The notes beneath the pieces are model-generated. The model had not been told where the DNA came from. It ran no database searches and saw nothing but the letters and a program-made list of their open reading frames with translations. The position numbers were made by a program, and so were the translations under genes. A DNA stretch of 63,958 bases, counting the filler, from Basidioascus undulatus (Eukaryota), in NCBI GenBank assembly GCA_000826855.1. It is 3 parts of 3 records of this genome, joined end to end, with 100 filler letters (N's around TTAATTAATTAA, not from the genome) between each part and the next. Parts side by side here need not be neighbours in the genome. Positions count along the whole stretch, not along the records: positions 22,063 to 44,017 come from JTLS01000308.1; positions 44,118 to 63,958 come from JTLS01000394.1; 1 more part is not named here. One strand, written 5' to 3'. Within the stretch, counting starts at the first letter, position 1; each line of letters opens with the position of its first letter. Of this stretch, positions 35,517 through 48,265 are shown in pieces.

Positions 35517-38500
35517 CTAGCGGAAGTTGAGCTGTCACCAGGTTGGGTCAGCGCAAGCCGCTTTGTGGAAATGAAGAGCTACGTGAAGAAGAGTACCTTG
35601 ATTACTGTGATGGATCGCCGCGAGACGGGACGGGTCAGCGCGGCGCGGGGCGAATGAGCACAGACACATCTACGTACAAAAGAGGAGCATGTCCATTAGC
35701 TGCAGTGCATTGGGAAACAAACATGCACGTTGGTCAGTTGCCGTTTCTACGTTCCCTACTCCGCCAGGCATGAACAGTGCGGACATACAACGTGAAGAGT
35801 CGTAGAAACTGCGGCGGAGAAAGAGACGTTCCGTCTCCGTTAAGCTGTAGTTCGATACGCAGCTGTCCGGAGGCAAAAGCCACTCACCCAAGGCGGGGAG
35901 GAGCTCCGGGAACTCGCGCAGCTCGTCGAGGCCGAGATTGGTGACGTCTATGCCGAACGCCTTGTCGCACTGTGCGAGCGAGGAGGGGATTAAGCAGCAA
36001 ATTGGCAAGGTGAGAAGAAACAAAAGACATACAATCAGACGCGCGACGAGCGACGAGAGGAGCTCGGATGCCCACTGCCCCAACACAAGCGAGCGTCCGT
36101 CAGCACCAGCATCAGCGCTGTGGGCGGGCAGGAAAAGAACGACTTGTAGGTGTACGCACGATGATGGAAGACGCGATTATTGTGAGCTTGTACGTGTACG
36201 GGTCCCCGGGCGTGTCGAAGCGGAAGTAGGGGTAGACCTCTGCGCACGGGCGGGCGGGTCAATCTCTAGGGGCTGAAGGAGGCTGGCATGGGGAAACAAA
36301 CCGGAGTTGGGTCCGAAGTGCAGGAGCGTGAGCCAGCCGAGGAAGGCGACCTGCAATCGAGGCAGACTGTGAGACTACCAACGCAGCAAGTATTGCGTGT
36401 GCACACGCACCATCGTGACGTTCTGCGCAAGATTGCGGATCCAGAAGCCTATTGATCGCATGAACATCAGCGTGTGCTTTGCGCCGAGTTGGGAGGACGG
36501 GATGGAACGCACTGATCGCGGCGTCGTCGACCCACTCGTCGTAGTCCTTCGTGACGAGTCCCAGCCAGCCCAGCAGCCGATGACACGACCGCGTCATTGA
36601 GAGCGGGTCTGCGGGGCACGTCCGTCCGGGCGGCATCAATGTCAAGCGGGACCGTATATGCGGGCGGGCTGGGACGCACAGTACACGACGACCCAGAGGG
36701 ACGACAGGAGCTGGAGGAGCCCGTACTGGTCTGGCGAGCGGAGGCGCGCAAAGAGGTTGCGGTAGAAGCAGAAGTAGACGAGCATGAAATAGAACTGGAC
36801 GCGCGCGCGGTTCCATTCCATCAGTCTACTATCAGAACGTATGAGGAAGATGGCAGCGCGCGCACCTTGAACACGAAGAGCAGCGCGCGACTGCGCACTT
36901 TGGACTCGAGGATCCAGCAGCTGACGATCATCTGCGTGGAGGCGTGGGGGGTCAAAGGGCATGAGGGTGGCGTTGGGAGTGTGATGGGAAAAGACACACC
37001 ATCAGATTGACAGTCGCCACCCACGTCCACACGTACACGGCGCCGTCGATGGAGCTGTGCGGGAGTGTGCCGAGGTAGACGGACGCGTAGCCTTGGCCGG
37101 CGAGCAGGCAGATGAGGGCGATCTGCCGTGCGAAAATGAGGGTGTTTGATTGGGTGGCGCAGGGCGTGAAAGTATAGATAAAGGGTGGACTTACACTCAG
37201 CGAGGAGATGAACCACAAGAAGCGGACGTACGAGCGCGGCATGCGCTGGGGGAGGTGACGCTCGAGGAACCTGCGCTCACACCGCGCATCAGCGACCGCC
37301 TTCCCTCTTCAGCCGGAGGGGGGAGAGGGAAGGCAAGCGCACGTCTTCTGCGTCTCCGTCATGCTATGCCGATACGTCATCCGCTTATCCCTCCTAAGCG
37401 CGCTCCAGCACACGGCCGCGGGCAAGGCCATGGTGAAGAACGCCAGTCCGACCCAGACGGACTTGCGCTCCCAGTCGAGCTCGTTGCCCGGGATGCCGGA
37501 GCGGTTGGGGAGGAGGCGCGTCTTGTAGAGCACCCAGCCGACGAAGAGCGAGAGCGACCAGAAGAAGGTGTAGGAGGGGAGGCCGCCGAGCCGGGAGGGC
37601 CACCAGTTCAGGCGGTAGAGGTCGAAGCTGCGGGAGAGGGGGGAAGGGGTTAAAAGAGGTATGGGCGGAGGGGAGAAGCATACGTGGGGGGAAACACACC
37701 ATTTTGTTATGAAGAGAAGAGCTGTGGGAGGCAGGTTAGTAGCTGTTGTGTGCGGTCTAGCTGGTTTTCAGACGAACCAACAGCACTGCGTCGGAAAGGC
37801 CATCAGTCACTATCCAAATTCAGTATGTAGCCATTCACTCACAGGTAAGCCCCATAAAAGAAAAACAAGAAGAAATAAAAGTTGGCGTCGACGGGCAGCA
37901 TAACTGGCTCGCCATCGCCGTCGCCTGGCAGCGTGCCGTTGCCCGCCTCGGAGACAACGGCTGCCGCTGCGTTGGACAGCCAGCGTAGTGGTATTTGAGC
38001 AAGTGGGGGCATGTTTAAGGAGCGTGTGGAGAGGAGGAAGGACGAGGCTGCGAGGGAGGAGAGGGACGAGGAGGGGTTCGGGAGTAGTGAAGTGGAGAGT
38101 GCGGAGGTGGGTGAGGGGAGGGCAGAGCTGAAGTGCGAATGTGATGGCGGGAAGGGCTGTGGTATGTCGGGGAAGGGTATCCATGGTTCGTTTGGATCGG
38201 ATACGGGGCTGGCGGAAGACGGATCAGCGGGCTTGGTCCTTGATGAGAGTGGTCAGTACGCCCGACGTACAACGGCATTGCACACCAGATCCAAACCTTT
38301 CACCGCCCATTCGCACCTCGAAATCAGCGTCTCGTTCCCTTCCCAGCCCTTCCCCTGCGCTACGACCCACTCACCAGCGCACACGGCATCACGAGCAGGA
38401 CGCTCCACCTCTTCCACCACGAGTCCACAATCCGGTCCACCTCGTCCTTGCTCGGCCTGAGCAGGCGCATCGTCCAGCTGCGGTGCTGCGCCCTCGGGCC

Positions 38501-38794
38501 GTGGAGGTCGTCCGCGGCCGCGTCGGGCGGGCGGGGGACGCGGAGGGCGCGGCGAACGTAGCGGGCCTGGGCAGCGGGGTCGGCGGGATGGAGGACGACG
38601 CCGAGGGGCGGGGAGCGCACGCCGGTGGGATGCGCGCGGTACCGCCCGGGCGCATAGGATGATGGCTCTGCGGTGATAGAAGGAGAGGGGAAGGGCCGGG
38701 GAGAGTTAACAGGGTCGAGGACGGAGGGACAGACCGACAGACCTTCCCAGTTTGTCGTCCCCGCCTCATTGCCTGCTCGCATGGGCGCAAACAT
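35517..38794 (-). CDS. Multi-pass membrane protein of unknown function, many exons
   Basis: VDSWWKRWSVLLVMP, LNWWP, VWVGLAFFTMALP, SYVRFLWF, GQGYASVYLGTLPHS, WILESKVRSRALLFVFK, FYRNLFARLRSPDQ, LGLDELREFPELL, LMDMLLF|LIK|LNFR*. The start codon and some exon borders are uncertain. Confidence 0.75.
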
Positions 38795-39058
38795 CCTGGT
38801 CTAAATGCTCCTCCTCAGGGCGCGTGAATTAGGGTATACAATTCAAGAGACGTATATCGGGTGGTAACACGAGAAATGAGTTGCCAGATAGAAACACAAC
38901 GCGGTTGCACATGCACGGTACCTCTTGCCTTGTAAGCTTGTCCCACGACTGGGCAACTAGCGTCATTCCGTGCAGTCGTATCGCCCCCTTCGTCGCGTCC
39001 ACCATCTCACTGCAGCAGCGCCGTATTCTTCAGCGACATTTAGCAAAGTTGGGACAAA

Positions 39059-39790
39059 ATGGCTCAGAACGCCCGCCAGATCGCCAAGAACGTGCTGGGC
39101 ACACCCCTCCAGGTCTGCAGCATCAACCCGATCACTGGCTGGTACAGGTGCGCTCAGCCTGCTCTCCCACAGCGCCTTCATTTCATTGATTCAACTAATA
39201 CGTCTGGCATGATCAGGGATGGCTACTGCAATACCGATCCCAGCGACCTCGGGGAGCACACTGTGGCGGCTGTGATGTCCGAGTGAGCCTGCTTTTCCAC
39301 CCGTTCTTCCCCTTCACATTCCCTTTCGTCCTGACAGTCAGCTTGCCGCGCAGCCCCTTCCTCGCCTACTCAGCTTCCCGCGGAAACGACTTGAGCACGA
39401 CCAACAGCTACTTCCCTGGGCTGAGGGAAGGGTGCAAGTGGTGTCTGTGCTTGTCGAGGTGGAAGGAGGCTTTCACCGCTTATACGCGGTGCGTCGCCCT
39501 CCCACCTTTACTTACGCTCACGCGCATACTGATTGTAAAGCGCCTCGCGAAATAGTGGTGAGATCGGCCAGGAGTGCGTACCTCGGTAAGAAACCTATCC
39601 TCCCTGCCATACGGTTTCCGGCCAGATCGGCTCACACGAGTACGAAAGCGTCGTCCTCGCTTCTACGCACTCGTCCGCTCTGAGGGGCGTGCCCCTCCAG
39701 GACTTTGCGCGTTTTGCCGTGGATCGACACCTCATTTCGAGCGACCCTGACGCCGTGCCGTCTGGGAGCGGCGGTGAGGGGAGGCATTAG
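39059..39790 (+). CDS. DUF2237 family protein
   Basis: NVLGTPLQVCSINPITGWYR|DGYCNTDPSDLGEHTVAAV|FLAYSASRGNDLST...FPGLREGCKWCLCLSRWKEA|...PRVVLASTHSSAL. Confidence 0.88.
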
Positions 39791-40160
39791 GCGGCTGTTT
39801 GGGTGGAGTGGGACGCTTGAGAGGGAGGGCTCCGGGTACCGGTCTGGAAGACGTATACGAGGGACGATTGGAGCGCACTGCATTTCTAGTAGAAACCAGT
39901 CGCGGTCTTGTTTCTGTCTGAACGCAAGTTCCACGTGACAGGCCAGGTGTCTGTAAAGACGAGCTCGGAGGTTCTTCTCACGGTGCATCTTGAACTTGGG
40001 CAAGACGCACACCCGCATTCACCGTGTCAACCTCATGAATATGGTGAATGACTTAGTTTCCCCGTACCCCACCCGAAACTAACGTGCCTTCATTGCGCAG
40101 TCCAGCAACGCTGCAGGAGGCGGTACCCATTATTCATCGAGTGTTGGTCCTCGAGCTGGA

Positions 40161-40985
40161 ATGAGAGGGATGGACGAGGCGACTTCAGACCTCATCTCGA
40201 GTCCTCTGATGGCGAAAAATTATTCCTATGCTTCCTGTTTCACACAGCGCCGGGCGGTGCTTAACGTGCCTGCTCGGTTGCACGTCCATCGTCGGGCTCT
40301 GGAAGTGCGCCAATACGATCCATGAGCCCATCCCGATCCGTGTAGTTTAGTCGGTTCGCATTCTGCACCAGGCGCACTCGCCAGTGTTCGCCGATATCCT
40401 GCGGATTCCGACACCTCCATTCGGAGCTTCTTCCGGAGTGTCGCTCACTGTCCCTGTCGTCAAACTCGCGGAGCCTGCTTCGGTGCTTCAGTTCCTCCTC
40501 CAGTTCATTTACCCCGGCGTGCCGACGCCGCCCGCTCTCACAGACGACCTCCTCGGTACGAAAGACAGCAAATCCTCTGATCGCAATCAAATATCTGTCG
40601 AGCGCCTGCGTCCAGTCCTCACTGCGGCATCGAAGTACGAGCTGAGCGCATCGATCTACGCGCTCCGAGGCGTCACCAGCACTTCCCATAGCTCGAGATC
40701 GACCTTCTCGCCGAAGAGGTCGGAGGATGGATGGACGAGTTCGCCGTAGCGGCCGCAGAGCACGTCAGGTTCTCTCGCTGGATGGCCGTCGTCCTCGAGC
40801 GCGCTCCGCGAGACTACTTCGTAACGCTCTACAATCTCCAAAAAGCCCACATCTCGTTCTGGCGAAGCGTGGCCCTCAAGGCGAGCGTGGCGAATGAGGA
40901 GGACTCGCGCAGCACGCATAACACTCCACGCATCATCATAACGCATGCAAGTCGATCACAATCAGGCAATATTAAAGCATTAATC
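40161..40985 (+). pseudogene. BTB/POZ-domain protein, probably frameshifted
   Basis: SDLI/LESSDG (frame slip near 40195), LHVHRRALE|...VFADIL...VKLAEPASVLQFLLQFIYP...VLTAASKYEL; the 3' part changes frame. Confidence 0.55.
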
Positions 40986-41264
40986 TCAGAACGGGAGAGC
41001 GGCAGCGGAAGAAGGGGGAAAGTTAGAGAAGTGAAAGGAGAAACAGAAGCAACGGAAGTCCGCCGGAGCCGAAGCCGAGAGGCCGCGGCCGGCAGGAAAA
41101 GAAAGGCGAGCTTGTGGGCTACCTTGCAGGGATGTGCGATGCGTGCGCGAGTGCATGAACAGGACGAAAGAGCGAGTGTCGAAGCGAGTCAGACAAAGAG
41201 GAAAGGGGAGGGGGTGGGGAGAAGTAGGGGTGGTCAGCAACGGCGATGGACCATTCACAAAGGA

Positions 41265-44017
41265 TCACCCCCTCAGCGCGTTCAGCGCCTGCTCGACGAC
41301 CTCCACCCCGCGCTCTTGCGGCCCTTTCCCTGCGCGCGCTCGGCCCAGGTCGAGCGCAGCTTTGACGACTGCTTGGGGAGCGCCGCCTGCGGCGTGGGAG
41401 AGCTCTGCTAGGACGTCGGCGTCTGTTGGTGTTCAACCCATGTACGTGGAAAGGATAAGGAGAGGAGAGAAGGAGGAAAGAAGGGGCAAATGGTCAGTCG
41501 CTCGGGGTTGAGAGAAAGACGGCACGGAGCGCCTGTTGCCCGGCTTGAGGTGAGGTGGAAGTGGCGGACCGGTGGGTGTGAAACTGCGCGCAAGGCAAAA
41601 GGAAAGAGTGTGAGGGGTTCTGGGAGAACGGCAAGGAATACGGAGGGCGACGAAGGAAGAAAAAGGAAACAGCATTGGGACGGACTCTACGAGATGCACG
41701 GCTTCGCATCTTTGCCCCCCATCGCCAAACGCGTCAGCTCCTCTTTCCCCCTCCCGAACTTTCCCGAGTCTCGCGTCGCCCGCTGCTACCCCGCTCTCCC
41801 CGGCCCTCGAATCTACTCTCGGCCCAGTAACCCACACCAGCGACCCAGGCGAACAGAACCAACCTGACGACGCACTCCTTGTCCCTGCAAACGCCCCCAC
41901 CAGGAATCTCGAACTTGCACACGCGCTTGCCGAGCTCAACGCTCTGCCTGCGCGCCGCGGCACGCGCATGCACGGCAGTGTGCACGGTCGCGGCGTCCGG
42001 CTTGCTGGCGGCCGGCACGTGCGACGCGAGGGCTGGGTTGACGGAGAAGGGCGAGGAGTAGGGTTTGAGGCGGGAGGTGCTAGTTGTTGATGAGGTGGCG
42101 AGGTAAGTCTGGGGAGTGGAAACACTCAGGGTCGGTGCGGGGGTACGAGCGATGGGCCGGAAAAGAGGGCTTGCCGTAGAAGTGGTGGTGGGTTGTTGTA
42201 AGGCGGCAGTCGTGTTTGCGTCGGCGTCGGCGGTGGACGGATCGGTAGAGGCGGGGGCGGCAGATGCTGGCGGGGATTCGGTCCGGGGGCTCTGTTCGGG
42301 CACGGGCGCAGGAACCGGCGAATGATCGGCCGATGACTCGTCCGTTCCATCCCGCATCTCCACGACCGTGTCCTCTGCGGGTGCCGCTAGACCAGAACGT
42401 AAGACGCACGCGAGCGCGCCGTCAGCCCTGCGCTTGGGTGCTTGTCCATCGAAACGCCAAGCATAGACTCACCATTCTCCAACGCCCGCTTCTCATCCTC
42501 CAGCGTCGCGACCACCTGCTTCGCGACCTCGAGCGCCTGCGCGCTGGGCGTCGACGCGCGCTCGCCCGCTTCAGGCTTCGCCGCAGGCGGCGCAGCGGCA
42601 GCGGCAGCAGCAGCGACGGCGGTCTGCTTCTTCTTCTTCATCTCCATGCGCGCGATCAGCGCCTGGAGCTGCTTGATCTCGTCCTCCTTCTTCTGGAGCT
42701 TGCCCGCCGACGCCGGGGCGGACGCGGACGCGGACGCGGTCCCCGCATCCTGCGGCGTGGGCGTTTCGCGTGCGGACTCGCTGGCCTTCGGCGCGTCGTC
42801 GTCATCGTCGTCGTCATCCGAGTAGCCGTCGTCGTCAGACAGCTCGATAACGAGTCGCTGCAGCTGGGGCGGAACGAACGGCCGGCCGTTGCGCGTTTTG
42901 GGCTTGGGAAGCGTCGTTGGCGTGGATGGGCGGAGATCGAAGTCCGCTGCGACAGGGCGAGGAGGGCGTTTGGGGAGGGTGGAAGTGGACGGGGAACCTG
43001 CGCGCGAGGAGGAAGCGGTTGCGGGAGAGGTAGTGCTAGGCGGGGGCGGAGGGAGACCGGGAAGGATGGAAGAGAGGAAAGTGTCGGCGGAGGAGATCGG
43101 GGTCGAAATGGAGGTGGAAGGTTGAGGAGCAGGAGCGGGTCGGGAAGCGGCGGGCTTGGGTTGGATCTGAGCGGTGTTGATCGCCAGGAGAGGCTTAGCC
43201 GGCAGTGACGCGGGGAGCGCGATAGGCGCAGGCGCAGGTGGCGCCGTGGCCTTCTCGACGATGCGCACATCGTCGTCGTCGTCGTCCGAATCATCGATGA
43301 CGACCGTCTCGTGCCCGTTCGGCCTGACGTTCTGGGGGCGGGCTTGCAGGACGGGTGCGGGCGGGAGCTGCGGCTGCGGGTGGACGAGCGTCGGGGTCGG
43401 CGCAGGGGTGATGATGCCCAGCTCGGCAAACGCGGCGTCGAGGGTGGGCTGGGAAATGCCGTATTGGCTGAGGTACGGGGGCGGGACGCCGTACGCGAGG
43501 AGCTCGCGGATGTGGGCTGTCGCGAGCGCGAGATCGGGCGCGCACGGTTCTGTTTCCCCGTCACAGTGCCATTGTTTGTAAGCGCGCACCCACGGGGAAG
43601 TCAAATGCACGAGAACGCACGAGGGATGTGAGGCTGGGGTACGAATTTTGGCAAGGGCTGGGGAGGACGGGGGACGGGGGAGAAAGTCTTTCCTGGGCTG
43701 GAGACGAGCGTCTTGTGAGGCTCACTTGGCGGCGAGTGGTCCGAGATCTCGCCCTCTTCTCGGTCGCTCCGGTCGCTCTCCGACGAGGCACGGCGGCGTG
43801 GGGGAGAAGGAGCAGCGAGCCTGTCCCTGTCCCTCTTGTCCCTCGCCTCATCCGACGCGCGCCGCTTGGGCTGCTCCGCGCCCTCGTTCTCGGGCGTCGG
43901 CGCCTTGCGCTTCTTGCTCTTGAGCGCGGCAGCTCGGAGTGCCTCGAGGTCTAGGGCGGGGGCGGTGGGAGCGGGTACAGCGGGAGTGAAGACGGGGGAG
44001 GGTGGGAGTGTGACTGG
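41265..44017 (-). CDS. Low-complexity protein with C-terminal zf-C3H1-type finger (Red1/ZFC3H1-like), 5' end lost in the gap
   Basis: LLAYGVPPPYLSQYGIS, RPVAADFD, LVIELSDDD, coiled coil LQKKEDEIKQLQALIARME, VCKFEIPGGGVCRDKEC...H. Confidence 0.65.
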
Positions 44018-44117
44018 NNNNNNNNNNNNNNNNNNNNNNNNNNNNNNNNNNNNNNNNNNNNTTAATTAATTAANNNNNNNNNNNNNNNNNNNNNNNNNNN
44101 NNNNNNNNNNNNNNNNN
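44018..44117. other. Assembly spacer (N44-TTAATTAATTAA-N44)
   Basis: Same 100-bp artificial block as at 21963. Confidence 0.97.
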
Positions 44118-44161
44118 CAACTGCCAACTGCACTGCCTGCTCCCTCCCCTCCTCCCGGTAG

Positions 44162-44690
44162 TGTGACCCAATGCACGGCAACACGCTCCCCTCCCCCTCA
44201 AACCCATCGATCAAGACGCGGCGCTTCGCGGACGTCGTCCTCGAGCTCACGCGGTGCATCTCGATCCACGCGGAGCTCGGCCTCACGCGCCTCGGCGGCG
44301 TGCACCTGGAGATGACGGGGGAGGTGGATGAGAATGGTTTTAGTGTGACGGAGTGCTTGGGGGGCAGCATGCGGCTGGACGAGGGGGAGCTGGGGAGACG
44401 GTACCAGGTCCGTCCGTTTTCCCACCTTTCCTTCCGCCCCCTCCCCCCACTCTCCTTTCTCTCTTTTGCCTCGCTCCTTGCTTTAGATCTTTGTTGCGCT
44501 GAGCGGTTGATTGACGCTTTGGACTGGGTGACGACAGACGTTCTGCGACCCCCGCCTGAACCTCGAGCAGAGCCTCGACGTCGCATTCCTCATCAGCAAG
44601 GTCCTCAAGCGCCAGCGGCGCGGCGAGTCCATGCCCGAGGAGCTCCTCGAGGCGCTCCGCGGGCGGAGCGAGGCGCGGAAGGTGGGATGA
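44162..44690 (+). CDS. Class II DAHP synthase, last two exons (rest lost in the gap)
   Basis: CDPMHGNT, KTRRF, LGGVHLEMTG...VTECLGG, YQ|TFCDPRLNLEQSLDVAF. Confidence 0.93.
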
Positions 44691-45283
44691 AGGGCTGGGG
44701 AAAGGGCGGGGCAGAAAGAAGAAGAGAAAAGGTCGGGAGGAGGATGGACGGTTTGTTGCACTTGCATACAGGATCGCAATGGGTCGAAGGATCGGACGTC
44801 TAGTTTGCCACTAGAGTACGGAGGCTTGCGGCGGGGCTGGTTGAGATGAATGCGAGTCTCTTGCAAGTGGGGGAGTGGGTGCGGCCTACTCGGCAGGCTC
44901 GCGCCATCATCGACGGCGGTACGCAAGAAGGCTTGATGGCAAATGTGAACGTGCGTGGATGATGGATGGGAGCGTTGGGCATCGGGCATCGGTTGGGAAT
45001 ACCTGGCAGATAAGAATCGCCTATGCAAATCGTCCGAGTTGGGTACCCTGCGGATATTGCGATGATAACGATAAAGAGTGAAACGGACACATCGGAGGGG
45101 GGAAGGATCGGGGCAGGCAAAGGGATGGCCGACGAGAGGAAGGGAGGGAAGTTGAAGCGCTGGTCGAATGTGGCGGACGCTTCTGGGGGTGTTGAGACGA
45201 TGAGGAGATGAAGGGGAACTGTTCGGATTCGGGCAATGAAGCACAGGACGAGGAATAGATTAGATGCTTCAGCGGCTGCATGC

Positions 45284-46714
45284 TCAGTGCAGGCCGTTTA
45301 GGTACACATCTCGGAAGGACTGTCGCTGAAGCCAAGCGTCTTTGGGAACTCGCACTGTCAGGTACGTGCTTAAGGATCGACACAGCAGAAGAGAGAAGCA
45401 CTACTCACCCCAGTACGTCCTGACCTTGGGCCCGATCGGGCACCCGCACTTCTCCGCGACGCGATCCAAGCCCTCGGGCGTCTTGTTCCCTCCCGCGGCG
45501 TGCACGATGCGCGATAGCCACGCGACGAGGTGAAAGTCCTCCACGCCGGGGCGCTTCCCGCAGTCGTCGACGAACGGGCCCGCGTTCGCGCTCGAGCTCG
45601 GGAGGACCTCCTCGAGGTCGGAGGACAGGAAGGACGCGAGCGCGGCCCACGCGTCGCGCGAGCGCTGGAAGAAGGCCGCGCGCACCGGTGCGGGGACTGC
45701 GACGGGGCTCGGGGCCGAGGTAGGGGAAGGGGCGGGTTCGGAGGTGGAGAGGGTGGAAGAGGGGACAGGCCCGAAGTAAAGCGCGTCTAGGACGCCGTTT
45801 TCTCGCAGCTTGGTTTCGAGGAGCTGGCGCGCGGGATGCGCACGATCCAGGAGCGCGAGGTTTCGTATGAGCCCCTCCTGGCGCCCACGCACGAACGCGC
45901 CTGACCAGCCTTGAGAGCGATCTCCTGTTAGGGGAGAGGGAAAGAAGACGCAAAGATGTAAAGGGAAGGGAGAGGCGAGAAGGGTGGGTGTCATCAATCA
46001 GAAGACGTCGTGCAGACTGAAAGAACCAGGAGTTAACGTACGCAGCTCATCTTCGTCTCGTGCGGAAAGCAAGAGGAAGTTTGGGTCGAGCGCGTAGGAG
46101 TGCAAGCGTGGAACGAAGTGCGTGGGTGCTTGGCCGGGCGGAGGGGGATTTCGCGCATGCTGGAGGTGAGCTCATCGTTCAGCGTGGGAGCAGGTACGTT
46201 TAAGAGTGGTGGAAGAATGGGTGGAGAACGAGGTAGACGCACATGGACGACGAAGGACAGGACGTCTGCCGTGGATGTGAACGTGTGGTCTCCCACAGCC
46301 AGTGTTGGCTGCCCAGCGAAAGCAGCCCACGTACCATCGGTCAGGACCTAGAGGGAGCATTGAATAAAGATATACTGCACCCACAAGTGTTCCCTGCGGG
46401 TTTATCTTCAGAAAGTCGGGCGTGAAATTCTCCCCCTTGGTAAGGTCCACCTCGCGCAGCTCGACCGCATCCGGACGGTACGACATCTCGCTCCTGTTCC
46501 AACACCCACGATCCCCGAGCTCAGCTTCCCGCACCTTGTCGGATTGATTTTTGAAGTCGTGTCTAATCAGGGTCAAGGGTGGCAATGCCCACCGTCCAAC
46601 GTCCAGCACGTAACGCGTCGAGCTTGGGACTCACAATGCGAGAAGGGGAACGCTGGCCCATACTGAGCCCCGGTACCAGTACAGGACGGGGCGCAGCTCT
46701 AATGTGGCTGACAT
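45284..46714 (-). CDS. Glutathione S-transferase-like protein
   Basis: VLYWYRGSVWASVPLLAL, VDLTKGENFTPDFLKINPQGTL|PTL, DPNFLLLSAR, DFHLVAWLSRI, GPKVRTYW|DAWLQRQSFRDVY. Confidence 0.8.
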
Positions 46715-48265
46715 GGTGATGTACCGCGGTGTATCCTTGAGTAAGAGACGAGGGTGGTGAGGATCTGGCGTGCAGGGAGAGGTGAAGGCAAGAGGGAAGT
46801 GCAAGATGATCAGCGAGCGTACGAAATTAACTGGGCGAGTCGTACAGCCTATTTCCCTCGATGGTCCTCTTTCGGGCCTTTTTCTGTAGGCTGGATGAGG
46901 TATGCTCAATCGATGCTGTGCGTTCGATTGGGACGTATGAGTGGCTGGCGTTGCAATTCGGGATGTCGACCGGAAGACCGGCTTCAAAATGGGGCTCACG
47001 TACACGGCGTGAATGTGTATGCACTGTATGGTTGCCGCGTAGGACATACAGACTACGCAAGTACCGTGGACTAACGTCAACGGGGGCGCTTTCTCTGTCG
47101 GGAAGGTTTGAGAAAGTGGAGCGCACAACGTCTTGGAAGGTCTTGGAGAGAGCCACTTCAAACATTCTCAATAGTGACGTCAGCTCGCGTTCTGATAAGC
47201 TTTTGTGTGCTGATGAGTACGGAGGCATCGACGGTTACAACGACAAGAGCAGAACGGCGATAAAATAAACAGTGTTCCCGCAAAGTGGCCGAGTGGGCTG
47301 AACAGTGGTCCAAGATTCGAAGCGAGCGCGAGCCGCAAGCGAGTAGCCGCTCACGATCCCGAGAATCAGCCAGACGCGCATTCACCAGGTCTTGCTGCGC
47401 TTCGTGTACGCTAGAAGCCCCTGTAGGTGACGTGAGCTGGTTCAACGTGCCGTACATGCACTCTATGCGCTGGGTCGCCATCGGAACACCGATCCCACCG
47501 TTTGTGGATCTTCTTGCGCGCGCACAATTTCCGTCGCTCGTTCTACTTCACCTGGATATGCCCTCTTTGACTTCCAGTGAAGAGCTTGTTCCGCCCACGG
47601 TGCGCTCATACGGCACTTGATACTCGATCTACATCCGACTGCTGCGTTGGGGTCCCTGCTTTCGCGCTGCATAGTGCTCGAGACTCAAGTTTCCGCGCAG
47701 ATTACCAACCCTTTCTGCGCTCATCCAAGACTCGAGTTCACTCCAAACCCTCCGAATAAATTTGGAATCGGAGCTCTCAGTGCGAAAATCACCTGGTTGA
47801 CAGTCTCAACGTCATGCTCGAGTCTGTCCCCTCCTCGCTCGCTGCCGTCCACGTGCAGATGGACGTGCCGCCGATGGGAGGATGACGACGTCCTCCCTTT
47901 GGAGGCGGAAGCCCCACGCGTTGTACTTTTTGAGGGCCAACTGTGTCTTGTGCCGGTGCCACACATGGGCGGGAACCGCGAAGGAGCGCACGTTCGCTCC
48001 CTGAAGGAGCGTGAAGCGCGGGAAGTAGCATGTCGCGTACGTTGAGAGCTTGTTGATTGCGCAGGACGAGTGCTGTGCGGAGTCGAGGCGGTAAGCGAGA
48101 GGGACTGAAGGGTGCGGAAGGGAATAGAGACAGGATGATGCACGAATTGGGCTATGGGAGCAAGAGCATCCTTCAGATCGAAGAATATAGTGAGCTGTGT
48201 GCCGACGCGAACGTACAGGCAGTGAGAGGGACCACCGACGCACCTCAGTCTTCGACTCAATCACA

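Noticed and set aside
47280..48050. Coding-like fragments between the GST-like gene and the F-box relic
   Set aside because: Could be another decayed F-box/LRR gene, but strand and family could not be supported.
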